Shown in pieces: positions 23,849 to 32,404 of a stretch of 64,000 bases of DNA; position 1 is the first letter of the stretch; each line of letters begins with the position of its first letter. The notes beneath the pieces are model-generated. The model was not told the origin of the DNA. It did not search any database and worked only from the letters and a program-made list of their open reading frames with translations. Source of the stretch: Bythopirellula sp. (GTDB lineage Bacteria; Planctomycetota; Planctomycetia; Pirellulales; Lacipirellulaceae); the NCBI GenBank assembly GCA_965216565.1, contig OZ244170.1, positions 2,368,001-2,432,000 of the forward strand, written 5' to 3'. The position numbers and the translations under genes were made by a program.

Positions 23849-23980
23849 TAGCCACAGAGTGCACAGAGGAGTTCTTGTACCTAGGCAACAATAGCAGTTT
23901 TATTGGTCGCCGATTCAAATGGTTTATTGCTTAATATGCTGAGCGATTGATCTCTGTGCTCTCTGTGTTCTCTGTGGCTA
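23849..23980. repeat. Inverted pair of CACAGAG-unit repeats
   Basis: TAGCCACAGAGTGCACAGAG (23849-23868) versus CTCTGTGCTCTCTGTGTTCTCTGTGGCTA (23952-23980); a degenerate copy lies near 541-570. Confidence 0.75.
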
Positions 23981-23996
23981 GTTCCTTAAACTGTCC

Positions 23997-25301
23997 CTAC
24001 GTGTAGCGGACATCCTGGTGTTGCGGTTCAAAGAATGCGGGCAGTAAGGCATCGGCCCGCAACAGGCCCTCGCGAGTTAGCCGAATGTGATCCCCGTCGA
24101 TCTCTGCCCAACCTTGGTCGGCATAGTCCTGCCAAACGTCGGCCCACTTCTCTAACACATTCTGCCCAAACTTCTGCTGGAAGTAATTCGTATCCAGATA
24201 ACCCCGCTTCAAAAGCAGAATCATTTCCCGAATCAACTGTTGCTCCGGAGTCGTCTCCAGCGCTCGACTCAACGGCAGCTGCTCTTCTTCCAGCGAATGA
24301 CAGTAAGCCTCCCACTCCGGAAGGTTTTGGTAGTGGACCCCAGAAACATGGCCAAAACTGGCAATCCCTGTCGCCAGCAGATCGCTCCCTTGCCACAGAT
24401 TATCGCGGTAGCTGAAGATCACGCGCGTCGGATCTTTCACAAGTGTATACGCGCTAGAAATGGAGTATCCCGCATCGACAAAGCGATCGAATGCGTAATC
24501 GACCCACCGCCGCTTAGTCGGCCAGTCGGCCACGGGCGTTTCTATCTTGTTGCCTAAAATGTCCTGCGAGTAAACCGTGTTGAATGGCAGCTCCATTTGA
24601 TAAATCGTGACGCTGTCGGGCTCCATGGCCAGCGCCTGCTCGACGGCGTCCTGCCATTTGTCGTCGGTATCACCCACCATGCCCGCAATCAGATCGATGT
24701 TGACGTTGTAAAACCCAGCCGCTTGGATCCAGGGCCAAGCACGCTCGATCTCTGCCGACTCGTGGGCTCGACCATTGTTTCTAAGAATCTCGTCGTCGAA
24801 GTGCTCTACCCCCAGGCTCAGCCGCGTGACGCCCAATTCGCGGAGCGTATGGACTTTGGCCTCGCTCAACGTGCCCGGTTCGCACTCGAACGTCACTTCT
24901 TCTGCCTGATCCCAATTGATGTTGGCCTGCAGTCGTTCGACCAATCGCTTCAATTGCCGGGAACTTAAAAACGACGGCGTGCCCCCACCGAAGTACACAA
25001 ACCGAAAGGGCCGATCCCCCATCACCGGCAGCGCACTCACCAGTTCGATCTCTTTGGAAAGGGCTGCCAGATAGCGCTCTACCTCTTGCGAGTTCTTATC
25101 GGTGAACACTTTGAAGTAGCAGAACTTGCAGCGTTTGCGACAGAAGGGAATATGCAAGTACAAACCCAGAGGAACCTTTGCCGGCTGCGAAGCAAAGGCC
25201 TGTCGCACCGCTGGGAGATTCTCCTCCGACCATTGCGAGAAGGGCGGATAGTTACTGATAAAGTAACTTCCAACTTCCGTCTTTTTCGAATCTGTGGCCA
25301 T
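23997..25301 (-). CDS. HemN-like (class C) radical SAM protein
   Basis: YLHIPFCRKRCKFCYF, GGGTPS, RLSLGV, NIDLIAG. Confidence 0.9.
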   Translation of the reverse strand: MATDSKKTEVGSYFISNYPPFSQWSEENLPAVRQAFASQPAKVPLGLYLHIPFCRKRCKFCYFKVFTDKNSQEVERYLAALSKEIELVSALPVMGDRPFRFVYFGGGTPSFLSSRQLKRLVERLQANINWDQAEEVTFECEPGTLSEAKVHTLRELGVTRLSLGVEHFDDEILRNNGRAHESAEIERAWPWIQAAGFYNVNIDLIAGMVGDTDDKWQDAVEQALAMEPDSVTIYQMELPFNTVYSQDILGNKIETPVADWPTKRRWVDYAFDRFVDAGYSISSAYTLVKDPTRVIFSYRDNLWQGSDLLATGIASFGHVSGVHYQNLPEWEAYCHSLEEEQLPLSRALETTPEQQLIREMILLLKRGYLDTNYFQQKFGQNVLEKWADVWQDYADQGWAEIDGDHIRLTREGLLRADALLPAFFEPQHQDVRYT

Positions 25302-25328
25302 CAAACAGGTGCTTTCGCTCGATTCACG

Positions 25329-26474
25329 TCAATCTCTCTCGCTGCTCTCTTCGCGCGGCCCAAAGCAATACAACGTTCCATCGCTATTGGCGATCACAAG
25401 TTTTCCGTCGCTCACCGCTGGAGAAGCGAGAAAGTTCCCTCCAGCCTCATACTCCCAGTTTTGCTTGCCTGTTGCCAGTTCCAGCGAAATCAATCGGCCT
25501 CGCTTCGTGCCGAACAGTACGGAATTCCCCACGATGATCGGAGCACTCTCCACGGGCATCCGGACCGACGTGTCCCATTCTAGCTTGCCTGAGTCGGGAT
25601 TGAGAGCGTAGATTTTCTTTCCTTTGGAGGTGTAAACCACCGTTGCGTCGCTCGTGGCAGCGGAGTACGACTCCTGTTGCGAGTCGTCTTCGTAGGTCCA
25701 GGTGACCTCTAAATCGTCGATGCGATAGAATGTTCCTCCGAAGGTCCCAAAAAACATGCCTTCCTGCCATCGCGCGGGAGTCGAACCGGTTTGTCCTGCC
25801 AATTCGAAACTTTGAGTCTCCTGCCCCGTCTGCAAATCGACCGAGTGCAGTCGGCTATCGCAACCGGCGAGAAACACATTGCCGGCAACGATCGTGGGCC
25901 AGCAACGTAGCGGAGCCTCGATTTCGAACTTCCACTGCAGTTTGCCGGTGTCGGCAGCGAGGCAAATCAATTCGCCTGCCTCAGTGGTCACCAACACTCG
26001 GCCTTCATGCACATTGGGCCCGGCATACATCTCGCCGCGGGCCTCGTACTGCCAAAGCAACTTTCCTGAATCCGCCGCCAATGAGCGGAGCATGCCATTG
26101 AAATCGCCGACGAACACCTTGCCATCCACCACCGCGGCTGCCGAAATAAAGCCACTGTCTGCGAACTCTTTCTTCCACAGCAACTTTCCATCCGCGATTT
26201 TGACAGCGTAGAAAGTGCCATCCACGTCTCCTAGGTAGGCAATCCCCTTGGCAATGACGGGGGTCACCTCGAATCCACTTTCTTCGATCTCAAAACGCCA
26301 CAATTCTTTTGGCTCTTGCGAGAATTGGCCAGCGGCAGTGCCAGTCGCGGCTCGATCGCCCCGTTCGAACGGCCAATCGCCTGCTGCCGAGTAAGCTCCC
26401 AGCACAAATAGCGCGATTCCAAATAGGCTGAACAGCCGGAGCGCATCGAAAGCTGCCCAGTCACTGCGCTGCAT
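25329..26474 (-). CDS. PQQ-like (BamB-type) beta-propeller repeat protein, probably exported
   Basis: Repeated xDGKLLW/TGKLQW blades; hydrophobic leader before WPFERGD; start uncertain (ORF is open to 26591). Confidence 0.85.
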   Translation of the reverse strand: MQRSDWAAFDALRLFSLFGIALFVLGAYSAAGDWPFERGDRAATGTAAGQFSQEPKELWRFEIEESGFEVTPVIAKGIAYLGDVDGTFYAVKIADGKLLWKKEFADSGFISAAAVVDGKVFVGDFNGMLRSLAADSGKLLWQYEARGEMYAGPNVHEGRVLVTTEAGELICLAADTGKLQWKFEIEAPLRCWPTIVAGNVFLAGCDSRLHSVDLQTGQETQSFELAGQTGSTPARWQEGMFFGTFGGTFYRIDDLEVTWTYEDDSQQESYSAATSDATVVYTSKGKKIYALNPDSGKLEWDTSVRMPVESAPIIVGNSVLFGTKRGRLISLELATGKQNWEYEAGGNFLASPAVSDGKLVIANSDGTLYCFGPREESSERD

Positions 26475-26574
26475 GAGAAATGGACCGTCCGCGCTAGCCA
26501 CGGGTGCCTCGCCCAGGCTTACACTATCGGCAACTGACGCTCGTGCGTTCGGATTCTCGATTTGAGTATCTACT

Positions 26575-27723
26575 CTAGTAAGCTTTTTCATATAGACCGA
26601 GCAAGTCGTCGACGTCGACGGCGATTGGATTGAACGTGGCGGTCCACTGCTTGGCAGCTTCTTCCGCGAGTGTCGCTAAGCTCTCTTTCGGCACTTCCTT
26701 CTCTTGCAGTGTACCGGGCAGCCCCGCCTGCGTGGCGATCGAGGCAAGAAAATCGGCAAGCTCTTCACTGCCACCGGAGGGACAATCCGCAAACTCGGCT
26801 GTCACCGCAAGCAGTTCTTCGTACCATGCTTCGCACTCTTTTGCGTTGAATCGCACCACCTGCGGCAACATCAGCGCAATGGCCTCTCCATGGGCAATGC
26901 CGAAGTTGGCCGTTAAGGGATTCGCAAGGGCATGGGCAGCACCTAGCATGGAGTTTTCGATCGCCACGCCCGCGCAACAGGCTCCCAACTGCATATGCGA
27001 TCGCGCTTCGATATCGTCCGGCGTTTGCAACACCTTGAGATAGTTGGGTGCAAGTTCCAGCCACGCCTCCTGACTAAAATGGCAAGAAATTTCCGTTCGC
27101 TTGGTGGTCACAAATGTTTCGACCGCATGGGAAATGGCATCGAAGCCCGAGAGGGCGGCCACACGCGGAGGCTGCGTAAGCGTCAACTCTGGATCGAGTA
27201 CCGCAATGCGAAAGGCGGCGCGTTTATCGCCACAGGCCATTTTCACGTGCGTCTCAGCGTCGGAGATCAGCGCGAACGATTGAGTCTCGCTGCCCGTGCC
27301 CGCGGTGGTGGGTACCGCAATCATGGGGAGCAACGGGCCCGTGGCCTTTCCTACACCCCAATAGTCCTGCATCCGCCCGCCACAGGAATAGAGAAAGTTA
27401 ATCCCCTTGGCACAATCCATCGAGCTTCCACCGCCAAGCCCAATAATCAGTTCCGGCTGAAACCCTTTTGCCTGTTTGAGTCCCGACTCAACGTGGTCGG
27501 TTGTAGGATTTTCCTCGACGCCACCAAAGAGCGCCGTTTCGAGACCTGCCTTCTGCAACGAGGTCAGACCCCGTTCGGTATGACCAGCCGAGATCACCCC
27601 CTGATCGCTGACAACCAGCACCCGCCGCGCTTCCAAATCCTGTGCAAAACTGCCCAGCTCATCAAGGCGGCCGACACCAAATTCGATCCTGGTCGGCGAA
27701 GCGTACTGGTCGATTTGGGCCAT
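26575..27723 (-). CDS. Iron-containing alcohol dehydrogenase
   Basis: GGGSSMD, PTTAGTGSE, DAISHAVE, HALANP...HG. Confidence 0.93.
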   Translation of the reverse strand: MAQIDQYASPTRIEFGVGRLDELGSFAQDLEARRVLVVSDQGVISAGHTERGLTSLQKAGLETALFGGVEENPTTDHVESGLKQAKGFQPELIIGLGGGSSMDCAKGINFLYSCGGRMQDYWGVGKATGPLLPMIAVPTTAGTGSETQSFALISDAETHVKMACGDKRAAFRIAVLDPELTLTQPPRVAALSGFDAISHAVETFVTTKRTEISCHFSQEAWLELAPNYLKVLQTPDDIEARSHMQLGACCAGVAIENSMLGAAHALANPLTANFGIAHGEAIALMLPQVVRFNAKECEAWYEELLAVTAEFADCPSGGSEELADFLASIATQAGLPGTLQEKEVPKESLATLAEEAAKQWTATFNPIAVDVDDLLGLYEKAY

Positions 27724-27845
27724 GGCGGTCGCAGATTCAGAGGTGCGGTCGGGGGGAGTGGAATTATTGAAGCTTCGAAAGATTTGGCAAGTTTAAATCA
27801 AATACTTGTTACATCTAGCCAAATGACTCAGTGCAATCACAATGA

Positions 27846-29270
27846 CTACTCACTATGCACCTGCAAGGCACGATTGCGATACAACAACTCGGTGAGATTG
27901 CCTTCGTGGGGTTGTAGCCAATTGAGTTGCGGAGTGGGAATCGGCCCTAGGTTGAGCCGGTCGATATGGGTGGTAGCAATCAATTGTCGGCGAAACGCTT
28001 CGTCGTCTGTAATCGCCGATGCGACTAGGGTGGGTCCAATTGAATCGAGCATCTTCGATTGCTCGCATTGCACAACGCTTACTAGCGGAAACATGTACTC
28101 TTTGTTGGCGGCCGCGCACTCGGGAGATTCGCAGTGCAACACAGTGGGACGTAAATAAGCGCAAGTTTCTCGCCTGTCTAATCGCGAACCATACTCAGCC
28201 GTGGCATGAGTTGTGCCGCTATCTTCGGCGTCGCGCTCGACCATCTTCCAAATCGCCTCAGCAACATCTGCATTGGTAAACGCCGCGAGCCCCGCTTCGG
28301 GATCCTCAGGCGGCAACGCGGTAACAGGTCCCAATCGCTCGGCAAGCGCCGCGGCAATCTCCTGTGTGTGACGCGATGCATAAATGCTGGAGCAGTTAAT
28401 ACAACTCCGCCCACCATTGCGGTAGACGCTATCGACCATCAAATCGAGATGCTGTTCCCACTCGTCGACTTTGTCGTCGCCCAACAAGATCTTGCTGAAA
28501 CCTGGACCATGCACCTGCACGCCAGGATTCCCGGCGTATTGTTGAATCGTCTGCTCCCCTCCAAAAATCATGCTCCGCCGATAACTCGCCAACAGGGCAC
28601 CTCCGACGTCCGCCCCACTACCTGGGTAAATGGAAATTGCAGCAGCGGGAATGCCGGCCTCAGTCATCGCGGCCGCCACGCGGAAGGGTGTCCAAGGTTC
28701 TTGCGAACCGGGCTTGAGCGCCAACCCAATTTGCAAAGCCACCACTGGCAGCCATAACGTATGCACGCCGGGAGAGTTTGACGGCAACACGGCACCCAGC
28801 ACGTCGGTCTGGGCCTGATAGCTCACCGTCACGTTGCGACCCTCTTCGCCATAGCCGCGGGCAAGAATGTTCAGATCAAGACCGCGCGTCAGGGCATCGA
28901 GAATTTTATCGATGTTCTTCAGCACAAACGCGTTCTTTGCCACGTTGGCCTCGCACATGGAATGCGGCATGCCTGTGGTGGCCGACTGCTGTTTGACAAA
29001 GTCGGCGGGCGACTGCGTGGAATCACCAATCTTGAGATTCCCCGACTCGAATAACTCGCCTGCTTGCTTACAACAGGCAATCAGCTCCGCAGGATTCATC
29101 TGTTGCAACGATTCACGTGCCTTGGCGGCATGTCGAGAATCACGCCGTACGATTCCCGCACCTGTGAGTCCGACGCGAGCAACAACCTCTCCCGTGAGGA
29201 AATCTATAATCTCCTCAGATTCCAAAGATTCGTAGGGCTCACCCCAACGAAGCGGAGAAAGATTCACCAT
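27846..29270 (-). CDS. Aldehyde dehydrogenase-fold protein, EhpG/acyl-reductase-like
   Basis: LPSNSP, LKPG, catalytic Cys in NGGRSC, EYMFP; HGPGFSK where hydrolytic ALDHs have ELGGK. Confidence 0.8.
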   Translation of the reverse strand: MVNLSPLRWGEPYESLESEEIIDFLTGEVVARVGLTGAGIVRRDSRHAAKARESLQQMNPAELIACCKQAGELFESGNLKIGDSTQSPADFVKQQSATTGMPHSMCEANVAKNAFVLKNIDKILDALTRGLDLNILARGYGEEGRNVTVSYQAQTDVLGAVLPSNSPGVHTLWLPVVALQIGLALKPGSQEPWTPFRVAAAMTEAGIPAAAISIYPGSGADVGGALLASYRRSMIFGGEQTIQQYAGNPGVQVHGPGFSKILLGDDKVDEWEQHLDLMVDSVYRNGGRSCINCSSIYASRHTQEIAAALAERLGPVTALPPEDPEAGLAAFTNADVAEAIWKMVERDAEDSGTTHATAEYGSRLDRRETCAYLRPTVLHCESPECAAANKEYMFPLVSVVQCEQSKMLDSIGPTLVASAITDDEAFRRQLIATTHIDRLNLGPIPTPQLNWLQPHEGNLTELLYRNRALQVHSE

Positions 29271-29334
29271 ATTTAGTACCAGTGTGAGAAACCTTGTGCC
29301 CTAAAGCTGCGCCGTCAGAAGAAGTCGCGGGCGA

Positions 29335-30465
29335 TTAATAAACCCCAACCGTTGTGGATTGTTCCAATTTGTGGAATGGCCGCACGCCGCTCACACCGTC
29401 CCACGGATACCAGTTACTCGGAGGTTCTCGCTCTCCCTCGTCCCGTTCCAGGAATCCCGGCACGAAGAATTCCTTGGTAAGTGTGGTGAGTTTGATGCGC
29501 CCTGTCTCACCGTACTCTACGAGTCGATTGGAGTCTTCGAAGTCGACGACCTCGACCACTGCGCGAGGTTGTGGCGAGTGGTAAGTTATCTTGTAACCGT
29601 TCTCTTTACTAATGGGTTCACTGCAAGCGAGCCCCATGAGCGTATTTCCGTAGGTAGGCGTCATATAGATGCCACTTTCCTGCGGCGGCCCGCCGAAGAG
29701 TTCTTCCACGCAGAACTTTGTCCACTGCGGCGTAAACTCCGTGCCGCCAGAGAATATGCCGCAGATGCCCATTTCTGCCAGGCTCGTCCCACGATCTTCC
29801 AATGCCAAGCACAGTGCCTCGATCAACTTCGGCGTGCCAAACATGCATCGAACATCGTGGCCAGCTTCGAGAATTGTAATCGCCTGATCGATGCAGTGAT
29901 TCTTATATTCCTCGAGATGCTCCATCCACCCTTTCTTTATGAGCTTCACGACCCAGCGGGGATCGAGATCGATACAAAACGAAATACCACCGCGATGTTG
30001 GGCTAAATGCTCGACTGCCAACCGCAGCCTGCGCGGACCACTTGGCCCCAACATCAACCAGTTTGCCCCAGGCGGAAAATAGCGGTCCGGCAAGGTATCG
30101 CTGAACAGCGAATAATCGGTGCGAAAATCATCAATTGAAATTCGACTCTTCGGCGTGCCCGTCGTTCCTCCAGTTTCGAACACATAGACGGGCTTGTCCG
30201 CCATGGCCTGTGGCACCCAACGCCGCACTGGTCCGCCCCGCAACCACTCGTCTTGAAATGGCTCGAACTTCTGCAAGTCTTCGAAGCAAGAAATTTCCGA
30301 CAGTGGATCGAACTTGAGCGAACGTTTCTTTTCCAGCCAAAATGGGCAGCCTGTCGCATCGTCGAAGTGCCACCGCACTGTCTTTACAGTATGAGCATCC
30401 AACAGTGCTTTGGCAGAGTCGACGCGTGTGAGCGCATCTGACTGATCGTTCGACAAAGGAGACAT
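29335..30465 (-). CDS. EhpF-like adenylate-forming (phenylacetate-CoA-ligase-like) enzyme
   Basis: RWHFDDATGCPFWL, ETGGTTGTPK P-loop, IDLDPRWV, GGTE, YG, ERD and C-terminal GVY, resembling phenazine-modifying EhpF as I recall it. Confidence 0.75.
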   Translation of the reverse strand: MSPLSNDQSDALTRVDSAKALLDAHTVKTVRWHFDDATGCPFWLEKKRSLKFDPLSEISCFEDLQKFEPFQDEWLRGGPVRRWVPQAMADKPVYVFETGGTTGTPKSRISIDDFRTDYSLFSDTLPDRYFPPGANWLMLGPSGPRRLRLAVEHLAQHRGGISFCIDLDPRWVVKLIKKGWMEHLEEYKNHCIDQAITILEAGHDVRCMFGTPKLIEALCLALEDRGTSLAEMGICGIFSGGTEFTPQWTKFCVEELFGGPPQESGIYMTPTYGNTLMGLACSEPISKENGYKITYHSPQPRAVVEVVDFEDSNRLVEYGETGRIKLTTLTKEFFVPGFLERDEGEREPPSNWYPWDGVSGVRPFHKLEQSTTVGVY

Positions 30466-30647
30466 GGGTTTGCCTTTCGCTACGCAGCTATTGCGACGAA
30501 TCCGACAGGGAATACGACCTGGCAACCATGCCAAGTATCTATGGTTGAGCAATATCTTGAGCAACCATCAAAAAATAACGTATCGCCATTGGAACAGCAA
30601 GCTACCGAACGCGCATCCAACTCACTTATCTGCTCAAACTCGGGCAT

Positions 30648-30706
30648 AAAAAAAGCCACGGTCGGCAAGCCAGTCGCATGAAGCGAACGGCCAACTCTCC
30701 GTGGCT
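30648..30706 (-). terminator. Long GC-rich hairpin plus T7 tract; intrinsic terminator-like
   Basis: AGCCACGG (30654-30661) pairs with CCGTGGCT (30699-30706), with an inner stem; the A7 run on + is a U-tract on -. Confidence 0.6.
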
Positions 30707-30760
30707 CTGGGTTTTATATTCTATTCGGTTCGGGTTGCTTAGAAGCAGTATCTAAACCAA

Positions 30761-30839
30761 TGAGCCGAACGCGCTAGCGCCGGGTAGCATCAGAACAATA
30801 CCTAGACTTACGCTACCGGCGGCTAGCGCCTTCGGCTCA
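30761..30839. repeat. Imperfect inverted REP-like pair
   Basis: TGAGCCGAACGCGCTAGCGCCGGGTAGC versus GCTACCGGCGGCTAGCGCCTTCGGCTCA. Confidence 0.75.
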
Positions 30840-30871
30840 CATAGAATTGTTTTCGATTCTTGAATCTGTTT

Positions 30872-31336
30872 CTAGTGAGGCTGTGATGTCGTAGCAGCAG
30901 GAGTACTGCTGAGCTGAGCAAGCACCTGGATCACACCATTGAGATGGGCAAGCCGCGGACCGAAGCGGTCCACGAATTCGTTCAACATAAATTCGCCATC
31001 TTCCATATCCTCGGCAGTGTCGCGAATCTCATCGGTCATGCGCTCCAGGTATTCTACCTGAACTCTCGAAAGCGATTCGGCTGCTTCTCGGCACGACTCC
31101 GCCAAATCGGGATTCGCGTGACGCCATTGATGCAATTCCTGGGAGCGCTGTTTGTGCGAACTTGCCATCACGGAGACTAAGTCTTCCAGCAATTCGTTCG
31201 TGCGATCTTGAGCGGCTAATACTTCTCGCAGCAACACGGTATTTTCGTCCCCTGATGAATCCGATTCAGAAGAACTACCGGCGCTAACGTCTACCTGTGA
31301 AAATATTGGGAGCGAAGGATGCTGACTCTGAGACAT
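30872..31336 (-). CDS. Hypothetical helical protein
   Basis: 154 aa, coiled-coil-like, FVDRFGPRLAHLNG; AAGGA upstream. Confidence 0.75.
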   Translation of the reverse strand: MSQSQHPSLPIFSQVDVSAGSSSESDSSGDENTVLLREVLAAQDRTNELLEDLVSVMASSHKQRSQELHQWRHANPDLAESCREAAESLSRVQVEYLERMTDEIRDTAEDMEDGEFMLNEFVDRFGPRLAHLNGVIQVLAQLSSTPAATTSQPH

Positions 31337-31819
31337 GTTAGAAGGTTATCCTTTTGTGTTTCTAAGTCTGTGTTTCGAAGAACGAGTCGATGAGGAGTGA
31401 AATGAGTTCCAGCTTGTCCATTGTCACTGGGATTGGAAGTCACCTACTGAGACCCCATCTTGAGAAGACAGGAAACGTAGGTCGATGCCAGGGAGGTAAT
31501 CCTAGGCAAGTTCTTGGCCTGGATGGCCATGGAGGGTAAAAGTGCCTCTTTGCTGCTAAAGTAGTTGACACCGCTAGCAAGAAACCCCCCAGCGGCTCTT
31601 ACTACTGCGATCAAATGATCTGGATACGTCCCAGTTTAACGAAAACTTCCAGAAATTCCAGATTTCTGCACCCAACTTTTCCTCAATCCCCTGAATTCTA
31701 AAGTTCTGTACGGATCGGGTTCGATGGAGGGGTTATTGCCTCAGTCGAATGATGGGCAAAATTTAGGCCCACCGCCAACCCTTTCTGCGACCCACAGTCG
31801 GGTCACCCGCTGGATTTCA

Positions 31820-32404
31820 ATGCCCACCCAAACCGCTAAACCCTTGGCTGCCTTCGGCTTTTTGACGGCTATCGAAGATCCTACGCACGGGCTGTTCGGC
31901 GGCTATCTCACCCTCTCTACGCTCGGCAGGCCTTTGGAGTTTCATTGCACAACGCCCGTACTTCCCTCACCAGCCCAGGAAATCCTGTACGGGGCCTCGA
32001 TTCGTCCCTATCTATTTGGTGAATTAATCGGTCAAACCCTCCTCTCCAAGGCGCAACTACCAGTCGTCGCTGTGCTTACGGACACCCATGAGATGCTAGC
32101 GACTCAGCTTTGGCGGGATGAACCCATTCTTTGGCTTAGGGACGGCGAAAAAATTGCGTTATCTGCCCCGACACTTGGACAAACTGATTCCAATCGGGCT
32201 CAGATTCAACTAGGAAACCTCTCGCTCTGCGGCGAGGCGCACGGTGTTTGGCAGGCTGATGATGTTCGCGATGCCCTCCAGCCGCTCTCGAAGAATATTG
32301 ACTTAGCCGAACCGTTTCAGCGAATTGCCGATGCTATTCGCGAAGCACAACGCATCACCGAACCTGCCGATGAGGTTACAAATGATTCCTCAGAAGCAGC
32401 CTAA
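31820..32404 (+). CDS. Hypothetical protein
   Basis: GGYLTL...GRPLEFHCT...EPFQRI; overlaps the start of the SNF2 gene. Confidence 0.7.
   Translation: MPTQTAKPLAAFGFLTAIEDPTHGLFGGYLTLSTLGRPLEFHCTTPVLPSPAQEILYGASIRPYLFGELIGQTLLSKAQLPVVAVLTDTHEMLATQLWRDEPILWLRDGEKIALSAPTLGQTDSNRAQIQLGNLSLCGEAHGVWQADDVRDALQPLSKNIDLAEPFQRIADAIREAQRITEPADEVTNDSSEAA

Noticed and set aside
23362..25301. Calling these genes gcvH and hemN
   Set aside because: Fold-level similarity only; the context lacks glycine cleavage and heme genes
26995..28158. 387 aa plus-strand ORF
   Set aside because: Antisense to the Fe-ADH and ALDH genes, which have clear family motifs
27846..30465. Phenazine biosynthesis cluster
   Set aside because: No phzA/B, D, E, F or G core genes in the window
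31337..31819. Long divergent intergenic region as a possible ncRNA
   Set aside because: No recognisable RNA family or clear promoter-terminator unit
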